A stretch of 64,000 nucleotides of DNA from Ilumatobacteraceae bacterium (GTDB lineage Bacteria; Actinomycetota; Acidimicrobiia; Acidimicrobiales; Ilumatobacteraceae). The stretch lies in NCBI GenBank assembly GCA_963715825.1, contig CAVQSI010000017.1, positions 18,035 to 82,034 of the forward strand, written 5' to 3'. Below, in pieces: positions 35,529-47,200 of the stretch (position 1 is its first letter; the number at the start of each line of letters is the position of its first letter). The notes beneath the pieces are model-generated. The model searched no databases. It was not told where the DNA came from and saw only the letters and a list, made by a program, of their open reading frames with translations. Position numbers and translations under genes: made by a program.

Positions 35529-36374
35529 TCAGCGCGAGACGTCGCGATGGGCGGCGCGAACCGCTACGCCGCGCTGGCGCAGGCGGGCGGCGAGTTCCTC
35601 GGCGACCGCGACCGAGCGGTGCCGACCGCCGGTGCATCCGAGCGCAACGGTGAGGTACGTGCGTCCCTCGGCCTGGTACTGCGGCACGAGGCTGGCCAGC
35701 AGTTCGTCGAACTGATCGACGAACGCGGAACCGACCGCGGTTTCGAGCACGAAGTCGCGCACCTTCGGGTCGTGCCCCGTGAGCGGGCGCAGGGTGTCCT
35801 CCCAGTGCGGATTGGGGAGGAAACGCAGGTCCATCACGATGTCGGCGTCGAGCGGGAGACCATGCTTGAACCCGAAACTCTCCACCGCGACCTGGAGTCG
35901 TGAGCCGCTCGCCGTGTCGAAGGCGTGGTCGATCCGCTCCTTGAGTTGGTGGACGTTGAGATCGCTGGTGTCGATCACGAGGTCGGCGGCCGCGCGCACC
36001 GGTTCCAGCATCGAACGCTCCAGCTCGATCGACTCGACGAGACCGTCGGTGTCGTCGGCGAGCGGGTGGCGCCGACGGGTGGCGTCGTAGCGGCGCACCA
36101 ATTCGGGGGTCGACGCGTCGAGGAACACCATCTTGACGTCATGACCCTCGGCGCGGAGCTCGCCGACCTTGGTGAGCACTTCGGCGTGTTGGCGTCCGGC
36201 GACGAGCGCGAGGCGTTCGATGTCGCTGGTGGGCTTGGCCGCGAGTTCCACGATCGTGCCGATCAACGCGGTCGGCAGGTTGTCGACCACGAACCAGCCG
36301 AGGTCCTCCAACACGTCGGCAACCCCGGATCGGCCGGCGCCGGAGAGCCCGGTGATCAGCACGATGTCGGCCAC
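35529..36374 (-). CDS. rapZ: RNase adapter / nucleotide-binding protein RapZ
   Basis: P-loop GLSGAGRS, VDNLP, DLRFLPNPHW and GCTGGRHRSV. Confidence 0.9.
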   Translation of the reverse strand: MADIVLITGLSGAGRSGVADVLEDLGWFVVDNLPTALIGTIVELAAKPTSDIERLALVAGRQHAEVLTKVGELRAEGHDVKMVFLDASTPELVRRYDATRRRHPLADDTDGLVESIELERSMLEPVRAAADLVIDTSDLNVHQLKERIDHAFDTASGSRLQVAVESFGFKHGLPLDADIVMDLRFLPNPHWEDTLRPLTGHDPKVRDFVLETAVGSAFVDQFDELLASLVPQYQAEGRTYLTVALGCTGGRHRSVAVAEELAARLRQRGVAVRAAHRDVSR

Positions 36375-36438
36375 GCCGCCACCCTACCGACCCGCCCCGA
36401 CCGCTCTCCGCCATCCCCATCCGCCACCACACAGCCAA

Positions 36439-36545
36439 CGCGATGAGCCAACGGACCACGGGCGCCACCCCTCGCTCATCGCGGGCCACCGCACACCCAA
36501 CGTGATGAGCCAACGGGCCGCCGGCGCCACCGCTCGCTCATCGCG
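36439..36545. repeat. tandem pair of 45-nt palindromic REP-like elements (62-nt phasing)
   Basis: Two units: cgcgatgagccaacggaccacgggcgccacccctcgctcatcgcg (36439..36483) and cgtgatgagccaacgggccgccggcgccaccgctcgctcatcgcg (36501..36545). The arms gatgagc / gctcatc are complementary. Intergenic between rapZ and a methyltransferase gene. Confidence 0.8.
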
Positions 36546-36552
36546 AGTGGGC

Positions 36553-37320
36553 TCAGGTGAGGCGGAGGCGGAGGTAGAGCAGTCGCGGAATGGCTGCGGC
36601 CTCGGCGTATTCGAAGGCGCGGTCGAGGAACCCGTCGGGCGGAGCGGGCTCGACCATGCGTTGCAGCACGAGGCCGCGTTCGGCGAGCGCGTTGAGGTAG
36701 CGCGACAGCGGGCGGTGCACGAACCGGATGAACACGCCCTGTTCGACCTGCTCGATCGAGTCCTGTTCGACGAGGTACGGGCCGATGCGCCAGTACTGCT
36801 CAGGCGGGTCGACGGTGTGGTCGTCGATCCAGCCGCTGCCCGGCGTCTGCAGCAGCGGATGGTTGAGGAAGAACGAGAACTGCCCGCCGGGGCGCAGCAC
36901 GCGGGCGACCTCGGCGATTGCTGCGTCGACGTCGTCGATGTGTTCGAACACGAGACACGCCACCACGGCGTCGAACGACCCGTCGGCGAACGGCAGCTCG
37001 GCGGCCTCGGATCGGGCGAACACCGCTCCCCCGCCACGCTCGTGCGCCACCCGGATCTGGTTCCACGTCGGATCGACGCCCGCCACTCGAGATCCCGCCG
37101 CGGCCAGCAGGCGGCTGATCTGCCCGTCGCCGCAGCCGAGGTCGAGCACCCGATCGAACCCGTCGAGTTCCGCGGCGGCCAGCGGGAGGATCTGCTCGAC
37201 GTACTCGGGGTCGGCGCCCTCGGTGAAGCCCTCGATCCACCAGTCGGCGTGTGCCTCCCACAACTCGTGATCACGCGGTTCCGCCAGCCCAGGTCGGATC
37301 ACTTCGGAGTCGCTGGTCAC
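36553..37320 (-). CDS. class I SAM-dependent methyltransferase
   Basis: Motif I VLDLGCGDGQ, then VAGVDP and LPFADGSFDAVVACLVFEHI. Confidence 0.85.
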   Translation of the reverse strand: MTSDSEVIRPGLAEPRDHELWEAHADWWIEGFTEGADPEYVEQILPLAAAELDGFDRVLDLGCGDGQISRLLAAAGSRVAGVDPTWNQIRVAHERGGGAVFARSEAAELPFADGSFDAVVACLVFEHIDDVDAAIAEVARVLRPGGQFSFFLNHPLLQTPGSGWIDDHTVDPPEQYWRIGPYLVEQDSIEQVEQGVFIRFVHRPLSRYLNALAERGLVLQRMVEPAPPDGFLDRAFEYAEAAAIPRLLYLRLRLT

Positions 37321-37346
37321 GGGGCCAGAGGTTACGGTCGGCGGTC

Positions 37347-38258
37347 ATGAAGTTCTCGATCTGGCCCAACCCCGAACGCCCACCCGCCGAGGTGCTCGAC
37401 CTCGCCCGCATGGCCGACACCGAAGGCTGGCACTGCCTCTGGTACGCCGACCACTACATGCCGAACTCGGGCAGCGAGGACGTGTTGCCCGGCGACGTGC
37501 ACGAGTGCTGGGCGATGCTGCCCGCCATCGCGGCGGTCACCGAGCAGGTCCGGCTCGGGTCGCTCGTGGCGCCGACGTCGGTCCATCACCCCGCCGTGCT
37601 CGCCAATCGGGCGGCAACGATCGATCGGATCTCGAACGGACGCATGGTGCTCGGTATCGGCGCCGGCTGGCAGATCAACGAGCACCAGGCCTACGGCATC
37701 GAGCTGGAGGAACCCGCAACTCGCGTGAGCCGGTTCGAGGAGGCCATCCAGGTGATCCGGTCGCTGCTCAACGAGGACCGCACCGACTTCCAGGGCGACT
37801 TCTACGACATCACCGACGCCCCGGCGAACCCCAAGCCGGTGCAGTCGCCGCTGCCGATCCTGGTGGGCACCGGCAGCCCGCGCATGTTGCGCATCACCGC
37901 CACGCACGCCGACGAGTGGAACACGTGGGGCGCCCCCGAGATGGCGGGCGGCGCGCTCGACAAGTTCCACACCGCCTGCGAGCAGGTCGGGCGTGACCAG
38001 GCGACGATCTGGAAGTCGACCCAGGCGCTCGTGTTCGTCTCCGACGACGCCGACCTCGCGGCGAACATCAAGGGCGGCGACATGGGCCCCCGGTCGATCG
38101 TCGGGTCGAACGCCCAGCTGGTCGACGAGATCGGCAAGTACGACGAGCTGGGCTTCGACGAGCTGATCATCCCCGACTTCACGCTCGGGAACACGCCCGA
38201 GGAGCGCGCCGACCGGTATCGGATGCTGCAGGCCGACGTCATCTCGCAACTCGCCTGA
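37347..38258 (+). CDS. LLM-class F420-dependent oxidoreductase
   Basis: Starts MKFSIWPNP at Met33 of the track ORF. Contains WYADHY, LGSLVAPTSVHHPAVLANRAATIDRISNGRMVLGIGAGW and LPILVGTGSPRML. Confidence 0.85.
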   Translation: MKFSIWPNPERPPAEVLDLARMADTEGWHCLWYADHYMPNSGSEDVLPGDVHECWAMLPAIAAVTEQVRLGSLVAPTSVHHPAVLANRAATIDRISNGRMVLGIGAGWQINEHQAYGIELEEPATRVSRFEEAIQVIRSLLNEDRTDFQGDFYDITDAPANPKPVQSPLPILVGTGSPRMLRITATHADEWNTWGAPEMAGGALDKFHTACEQVGRDQATIWKSTQALVFVSDDADLAANIKGGDMGPRSIVGSNAQLVDEIGKYDELGFDELIIPDFTLGNTPEERADRYRMLQADVISQLA

Positions 38259-38291
38259 CCGGTTCCCCGAGCCGGGATCGGGGAACCACCG

Positions 38292-41200
38292 TCAGGTTGC
38301 GGGATGGGTGCGGCGACGCTTGGCGGCGATCACCAGGGCGAGACCCAGCAGCATCAGCAGCGGAGCCCACTGCAGCAGGACACCGATGTCACCGCCGGTC
38401 GTCGGCAGCGGCGGACGCACTGGTGCGATCACGTTGCCGTCGTCGGTCACCGAGGGCACGCCGGGGCCACCGCCGTCGACGGTTGCGACGTTGGTGATCG
38501 ACGAGCCCTCGGGCGCGTTGACCAGCGTCACGATCGAGATCGGCGGTGTCGACGCACCCGGCGCGAGCGGGCCCGAATACGTACACCCGACGACCTGGCC
38601 GATGTTGGTGCACAGCCAGCCGTCACCGCCCGCTGACACGTAGGCCAGCGTCGAGGGCAGGTTGTCGGTCATGCGGATGGGGTCGACGGTGGTGTTCGAT
38701 CCGAGGTTGGTGACCACGATGCTCCACGTGGCCGTCGACGCCTCGAGCGAGGCGAGCGTCTTCTGGACCCCGAGCAGGACCAGCGGGGCGACCGTTGCGA
38801 CGTCGGTGGCGGTGTTGTTGTCGAGGTTCGTGTCGGGGCACGCTGGATCGGTGCCGGCGCCCGGGCCGACGACGCAGCCGGGCGTCGTGACGATCGCGGT
38901 GTTCGACACCGACGGGAACGCACCGGGGCCGACGTCGGCAACGATCGTGATCACCAGCTGGGCGCCGACGGCCAACGGCGCCAACGCCTGACAGGCCACG
39001 GTCTGACCGGTGATCGTGCAGTTCATCCCGTCGGCGGTCGCCGACACGGGGTTCAGCGAGCCGGGCAGGGTGTCGAGCATCCGTACCGGACCGGGGTCGG
39101 GGGTCGGGCCGTTGTTGCGCACCGTCACCGTGTAGGTGATCTGGCCGCCCACCTTCACCTCACCGGTGTGGGTCTTGGTGATGGCGAGGTCGACGAGCGG
39201 CGGCACGGTGGCCACGTCGCTGGCGGTGTTGTTCAGCGGGTTGCTGTCGTCGGTCGGCGACGACACGGTCGCCGTGTTGGTCACCGACGGATAGGCGGCC
39301 GGAAGGACGTCGGCGGTGATCGTGATCGTGAACGTGGCGCCGACGGCGAGTCCGTCGTTCTTCGTGCACGTGACCACGTTGTCGGAGATGCGACACTCGG
39401 CGGCCGCCGATGTGGCCGCGGTCGCCCGCAGGCTCGCGGGAATCGGGTCGGTGATGGTGATGACGGCGTCGTCGTCGATCGGGCCGTTGTTGCCGACCGT
39501 CAGTGTGTACACGATCGGCTGACCGACGCCGACGGGACCCGCATGGGTCTTGGTGATGAACAGGTCGACGAGGCGAGGCACGTCGACCACGTCGGTCGAC
39601 GTGTTCGGGTTCGGGTCGGGATCCGGTTCGGGTGTCACGCTCGCGACCACCGCGGTGTTCGACACGCTCGGGAACGCTGCAGGTGTGACGAGCACCGTGA
39701 CGAGGATCGGCTCGGCGTCGGCGCCGGCCGCAAGGGGGCCGGTGAGGCGGCAATCGACGTCGGGTGCGACGGTCGCCGTGCAGTCCCACGTCGTCGGTGT
39801 GCCCGCACCTGCCGCGCTGACGAGGGTGAGACCGGCCGGGATGGTGTCGGTCACGATGACGTCGCGGGCCTCGGACGGACCGAAGTTCTCGACCTGCAGC
39901 GTGAAGACGAGTTCCTCGCCGATGCGAACCGAGCCAGCCGGGTGGGTCTTGGTGATCGTCAGATCGGCGAGCGTCCCGACGACCACGGGGTCCTCGGCGA
40001 TGTCGTTGTCGGGGTTGCCGTCGGGCGTGTCCGAGGACACCTCGGCCACGTTGACGTAGGTGCCGGTGTCGAGCGTCGAGTCGATGGCGGCCGTGATGAA
40101 GAGCGGCTCGGCGATGGTCGGCGTCGCCGGCGTGCCGCCGATCAGTCGTCCGGGGAGATACGTGCACTGCACCACGTCGGGATCACTTGCCGGCGTCAGC
40201 TGACAGTCCCACGGTCCGCGGGACGACACGTAGCTGAAGCCGGCCGGCATGCGATCCTCGATGACCACGGCGAGCGCGTCGGAGGGTCCGTTGTTGACGA
40301 CACGCATCTCGAACTCGATGTCGCCACCGGCGACGATCGGGTCGGCCGGGTCGACCGGGTGCACCTTGGTGATGCCGAGATCGGCGTTGGTCACGATGGT
40401 GATGACCGCGTCGTCCGCGTTGTTCTGCGGGTTCCGATCCGGTGAGGTCGTCGTGACCCGCCCGGTATTGATGAGCGCGCCGGCCGGGACGCCCGAGCCG
40501 ACACTGGCCACGATCGTGATCGGTGGCGCATCGCCAGGTGCCAGTGTGGGCAACTCGCAGCGGAACTCGACCGTGGTCGACAGCGGACAGGTCCAGCCCG
40601 GCGCATCGAGCGACTCGATCATGAGCCCCGACGGGATGACGTCGGTGACCACGATGTTGTCGGCGGTCGACGGGCCGGCGTTACGGACCTGCAGGGTGAA
40701 CGTCGTGGCGAGGCCGGCGGTGACCGTGGTCGGGTTCGCCGTCTTGACGATGCTGACGTCGACCTCGTCGATCACGAGGATCTCGTCGTCGTCGAAGTTG
40801 TTGCTCGGGTTGCCGTCGTCGGTCGTGCCCGGCACCACGATCGCCGAGTTGACGATCGCGCCCGGGACCGGACCCCGGCAGCACTCGTGCGACCAGAACG
40901 ATCGGCGGTGCGATGTGGTCGTCGTCGATGTCGCCGATTCCTTGTCGAGCCGTGAGCACGGCGGCCCGCGTACAGGTGACGACACTGGAGAACGAGGCGT
41001 TCGGCGAGGGGGCATCGGTACACGCCCAGCCATCGCCGCTGGCCGACACGTACTCGACCGACGCCGGGAGGCGATCGGTGACACTGATCACGGGCTGGGA
41101 ATCCGAGGGCCCGTTGTTGGTGACCACGAGATTCCACGTGACGTTCTCGCCGGCCTTCACCGGGCTGCCGGTGTTGGTCTTCTGGATCGCGAGGTCGGCG

Positions 41201-44200
41201 ATGGTGCCGAACTCCGATGTATCGCCATCGGTGTTGTTCTCGGGTACGGGGTCGAACGTGTCGGACTCGACGGTCGCGAAGTTGACAACGGTGTCGAGCA
41301 CGCCGCTGGCCACCGCGACTTCGATGTCGACCGAGGCCGAGTCACCGGCCACGAGATCGCCGGTGAGGTCACAGCGGAACGACGTGGCACCGACCGCTGT
41401 CGGGCAGCTCCACGACCCGATGACGTCGGTGAACCCCACGTACGTGAGGCCGGCCGGGAGGTCGTCGACGATCCTGACGTTCTCGGCGTCGGACGGTCCG
41501 TTGTTGACCACGACCATCCGGTAGGTGGCGTTCGTGCCGGCGACGAGTCGACCGGTCGCGTTCTTGTCGATCGCCAGATCAGCACTGACGTCGGGACGCC
41601 CGCGGTTCTCACTCGTGTTGTTGCTCAGGTCGGGATCGGTCGTGCCTGACGACGCGACCACGGCGGTGTTGACGATTTCGACGTCTGGCTTCGCGCCGGA
41701 CACGACGTCGACGAGGATCGGGATCTGGGGAGCGGCCTGGTTGGCGAGCAGCGCGCCGCCGGGTGTGCCGACGAGCGTGCAGGTGACCCTGCCGCCGGTC
41801 GGCTCCGCCCCGTTCGGGGCGAACACGCAGTTCCACGGGTCGCCGGCGGCAGTCGTCGGAGCGCCACGGAACGTGACCTCCGGCGGCAGGGTGTCGGTGA
41901 CCGTGATGTCGGCGCGAGAGGTGGACGGGCCGAGGTTGGTGACGTCGAGGAAGTAGGTCAGCGGCTCGCCGGCGACGATCTGCTCAATGCCGCGACGCTT
42001 CACGAGGCGCAGGTCGGCCTCGCCCGAAGCCGGCGTGGTGACCGTGCTGGTGTTGTTGGCGGTGACGGGGTCGAAGGTGCGCGCCGACACGACCGCCGTG
42101 TTCGACAGCAGAGCGGCAGGTGGCGCCAGGTAGTCGGAGGGCACCCGAACGGTCACCGTGATGGTCGGGAAGGCATCACCGGACGAGAGTGTCTGGGTCG
42201 TGTCGATGCGTCGACAGGTGACGACCAGCGAGGTCTCGGTACACGCCCAGCCGTCGCCGACGGCGCGGACGAAGGTGAGGGGTTCGGGAGTGAGGGTCGG
42301 CAGCGTGTCGGTGACCACAAACGGGCCCACGGCAGTGTCGGGGCCGTCGTTGCGGACGTCGACGGTCCAGCTGTATTCGTTGCCGGCGATCGCCGAGGGA
42401 GCGGTGTTGCCCTTCACGACCACGACGTCGGCGGCGTCGATGAACGCCACTGCGGTCGTCTCACCGCTGCCGTAGGACCCTCCGTCCGGGGTGGTGCCGT
42501 TGCCGGTGGCGCCGGTGGCGTCCTCGGCGTTCGCTTCGGCGGTGTTGGTCTGCTCGACGGAACGTCCGACGCCCGGAACATCGGACACATCGGTCGTCGG
42601 CCTGGTCCGGATCGTGACGGTCAGCGACTGGTCAACAGGGAGCGGGCCGAGATCCGCCCAGGTCAGCGTCTCGACGAGCGGCGAGGTGGTCGAAGCGACA
42701 CCTGGGGCGGTGGTGCCGACGGGCCCGGGAGCGGTCACGACAGCCGAGCCCAGGACGAACTGCCAGTTGGTCGGCAGGGTGTCGATCAGGCTCACGAGCT
42801 CGGCGTCACCGTCGCCGACGTTGGTGACGGTGATGCGCCAGCCGAACTCGCTGCCGATGTAGGTCGGCACGTCGCCGAGCGGCTCTTTGACGATCTCGAG
42901 CTTCGGGAACCGCGGGGTGACCTTCGCGGTCGCCTCGCCGCCGGTGTACGGACGACCACCGGTCGTGAGGCTCGAGTACTCGTCGAGCGAGGCGGTGTTG
43001 ACGATGCCGTCGGCGATCTCGTCGTCACCGAGCGTGCTGCTCGGTGCGAGCGTCGCCGAGTAGGTCAGCGGCAGGGTGGCGCCCTTCGCCAGGGTGGCGA
43101 TGTTCCAGGTGATCGTGCCGCCGACCTGCACGGTCGTGACGCCGTCGGGGGCGAGCACGTCGGTGGTTCCGGACAGCGTGCCCGCAGGCCGGATCGTGGT
43201 CGGGTCGACGGCGATGCCGGCGGGGATGTCGTCGGTGACGACGATTGCGAACGCGTCGGCGACGTCGGTGTTGCTGAGTTCGATCGTGTAGTTGAACGTG
43301 TCGCCCGGCTGCGGGGTGAGGTTGTCGACGCGCTTGGTGATGCCGACGTCCGGCTCGACGATGTTCACGACGTTCGTCGCGGTATCGGGCGCGGTGTTGA
43401 CGCCCTGATCGGTGGTCGGGGTGACCGATGGCCGTGTTGCTGATCGCCGTGATCGGCGGGTCTGGCGAGATCAGGATCGACGGTGCCGACGATCGTGATC
43501 GCTGACGCGTCGCACCGGCGGCGAGCGGGCTGCCCTTGACGCAGGTGACGAGCGCGTCGGTGGTTGCCGCGCAATCCCAGTCGTCGGCGGCGACGACGCC
43601 CGCGGCGCTGACGAACTCCGTCATGCCGAGCGGCAGCGCGTCGGTGACGGTGATCGGGTCGAGCGAGTCGGACGGGCCGAGGTTCTCGACGGTGACGGTC
43701 CAGGTGATGTCGGCGCCGGGGACGACGGTGGGATCAGCACGGTCTTGCGGATCGTCAGATCGGCGACGCCGGCGAAGGTGACTCGGCGCGTGTCGGTGTT
43801 GTTGCCCGGAGCGACGTCGTCGTTCGGGTCGGGCGTCGTCGACGAGACCGTGGCGGTGTTCATCACGCGTCAAGCCGGTCGAGATTCGCCGCAGTGTCGA
43901 CCTCGATCGACACCTCGACCGTCAACGGGTTCGAGGTGGTGGTCGGGACGCAACGGCAGCGAGCTGGGGAGCAGGTCGCACTGGAACTGCGGTGCGGTGG
44001 TGACCGCACAGCTCCAGTTGCCCGTCACGTTGCTGAAGCCCCGGTAGGTCAAGCCCGCCGGCAGTGTGTCGACGATGGTGACCGTGGCGGCGTCGGACGG
44101 CCCGTAGTTGGTCACCTTCAGGCTGAACGTCGTGGGCTCGCCGGCGATGCTCGGGCCGGTGTGATCCTTGACGATGCCGAGGTCGGCGCTCTTGCCGACA

Positions 44201-47200
44201 TCAGCGGTGACCGACGACGTGTTGTTTCCGACGATCGGGTCGACGGTGATGTCGGGGGTGACGACGCCGGTGTTGGTGTACGAGCCGGAGGCTGAGGTCG
44301 GGAGCTGGATCTTGATGGTGGTGGTCCACGTGGCGTCGAGCGCGAGATCGGTGGTGCGCAGGCAGGTGACGACGCCTGCGTCGTGGGTGCAGCCCGGCGA
44401 GGCGCTCACGAACGTGGTGCCAGCGGGCAACGTGTCGACGAGTCGGATCGGTCGGTCGACCGTGGCCCGCGACGTGGACGGCCCCTTGTTGGTGACCACG
44501 AGGGTGTAGTCGGCAGGCTGGCCGGCGACCAGCGGCGCGTCGAGCGTCTTGACCAGCTCGAGGTCGGCGCGGGTGGTGATGATCGCTTCGTCGGTGTCGG
44601 TGTTGTTGGCGAGATCGTTCGGGCTCTCGTAGGTGCGCTGCCCGCCGACCGAGGCCGTGTTGGAGATGCGGGTGCCATCGGGCGTGTCCGACGGGATACG
44701 CACCGTGAACGTGATCGGCGGGAACGCCGCGCCGGATGCAAGGGTGTCGGAGGCCTGGGCCCGACGGCACTCGACATCGCCGGTGGTCGCTGGCGTTTCC
44801 GGCCCAGTGGCCGGGTCGCAGGTCCAGCCGTCGCCGCTTGCGGACGACGAACGTCACACCGTCGGGGAGTTGCGGGATCGCATCGGTGACCACGAACGGT
44901 CCGACGGCGGTGTCGAAGCCGGTCAGGTTGCTGACCACGATCGACCACGAGAACGGGTCGCCAGCGATCGGCGCGAGGGCGTGGCTCTTGTCGATCGCCA
45001 GGTTGGCCCGGTCGATGCGGGCGTCTTCGGCGTCCGTCGCTCGGTACGGTCCGGCAAGGTTGCCGGGTGCGCCGGATCCATCGTTGGCGAGCGACGTCGT
45101 GTTGTTGCGCTGAGCGATTGCCGAACCCACGCCGGGATCCGTCGGGACACCCGTGCCCGGTGTCGCACGGAATCGAATCGTGCGAGCCTGCCCGCTGTTC
45201 AGCTGCCCGAGTCCTGTCCACGTGATCGTCTGCACGTTGCCGACGGTCGTGATCGTGGGCACGGGGAGTGGGGACGGCAGGTTCGGGCCGGTGATCGAGA
45301 TCACGTCGGTGAACGTCCAGTTCGGTGGCAGAACGTCGGTCACCGACAGGGCGAAGGCGGCGCCGCCGGGACTCTGGTTCCGTGTGAGGATCTGCCACGT
45401 GACGGGTTCGCCGATGTAGGCCGGCGTCGGCTCAATCAGGGTCTTGTTCGTCGTCAGGCGCGGGAACTGCGGTGTGACGGTGACGTTCGAACTCGGCCCC
45501 GTGTACTCGCGACCGTCGGGGTCGGCGGCATCGGGAAGGCTCGTGTAGCCGGTGACCCGGGCGTTGTTGCGGAAGCTGGCCGCCGGCGTCGAGGCGCTGA
45601 TACCGGCGGACGGCACGAGCCTGGCCCGATAGGTGAGCGTGACCGACTCGGTCGGATCGAGACGTCGCGGACGGGATGTTCCACGTGATCGTCTGCCCGG
45701 AGACCACGCCACCCTGGTCGGGTGACGTTGCGCTCGGCACGAGCACGATGCCCGCCGGGATCGTGTCGGTGATCACCGTGTTGAAGGCCGTGCTGCGACC
45801 GGTGTTCGTCACGACGATGCTGTAGTCGAACTCCTGGCCGGGCTCGATCGTGAGATCGGGAGTCGTCTTCGCAATCGTGAGGCGTGGTTCGAGGATCTCG
45901 ACCGACGCATCGTTCGAGTTGCCACTCTCGGTCCACGGGTACAGCGGACTGCCCGGGTTGGTCCACGCTGTCGACGAGGTCCCAACGAGCCTGGGCGGTG
46001 TTGACCAAGTCGACGTTGTCGACATTCGTTGCGATGTCGGCCACCGTCGCCTTGTACGTGATCGTCACGATCCGTGCATCCGGACTCGACAACACGTCGC
46101 CGAAGTAGAAGGCGAGCACCTGAGCGGGGCGCAGTGGTGCACTCGGCGTCAGGTCGTCCTCCGGTCCGAGCACCGCCGCCGAGTCCAGCGAACACGGCGT
46201 TGCGACGGTCTCGACAACACACGTCACCGTCGGGTTCAGCGGCGACGGGAGCGTGTAGCCCAGCGGGAGACGGTCGACGATTGCCGCCTGGTAGAAGTTC
46301 GTATTCCTCGGAACCACCACGCGCAGCGTGAACTCGACGTCCTCGCCGATGGTCGCCTGCTGCGGTGTGACGGTCTTCAACAGCCCGGCGCCGAGCACAC
46401 GCACCGACTCGTCGGCGGTCACGTCGTAGACACGCTCGTTGGGATCGTCCGGCGTCTGCGGCGTGGGCTTGCCGTTGTCGAGCGAGCTGCCGGTGAGGGT
46501 GGCCGTGTTCGGATACACCTGGCCACCGACCGACTGCGGTCGACACGACCGCGGTGTACTGCCGGGCCGCCGACGCGCCGCCGGCGAGCGAACCGATGTT
46601 GAACTGAACGTACGTCTCGGTCGGCTCACAGCCGTTCGTCGCAGGATTGCCAGGTTCGGAGAGGTCGCCTGTCTGGGGGGCGACGATCGCCACACTCTCG
46701 AGGCCGTCGGGGACGCAGTCGACGAGCCACGTGTCGTGCAACGGCGGGCGACCGGCCTCGTTCGAGGCCGTCAGTGTGTACAACACCGTCTGGCCTGCTG
46801 CGACGAGGTTGCCGGCTGGCAGGGTCGCGCCGTTCGGTTCCGTTGCCACCTTGGTGAGGGACGGGACCGGTTGGCGGATCTGGACGGCCGCGGTGTCGTC
46901 GACCACGTCGAGATCGGCGCCGTCGAGTGTGGCCTTCGAGGTGAAGCTGGCGGTGTTGGTGCGAGTCGGCTCATCCGTGGCGCCGAGGTCGGTGTCGGCG
47001 ACCCGGGCCGACACCACGACCTCGAATCGCTGCGTGGTGGTCGTGTCGTTGTCGTAGGTCACCGGGAAGCTGAGCGATCCGTCGGCGGCGGTGAAGGTGA
47101 ACCCCGACGGGAGTGCTGCCGGCGAGCCCGTTCCGGCGACTGCGTAGAACCCGGCCGATGCAGCCGGCGCTCCACTGGCAGCCGGCGGGTTCGGCACGAT

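Noticed and set aside
40681-46695. Treating the overlapping ORFs 45454..46695, 45432..46025, 44201..45712, 43870..44703, 43025..43873, 43621..43866 and 40681..43368 as separate genes
   Set aside because: Each is protein-like only over part of its length. That part begins and ends in the middle of a DUF11 repeat, exactly where the neighbouring ORF's sensible part stops. None has its own signal peptide, convincing start context or anchor.
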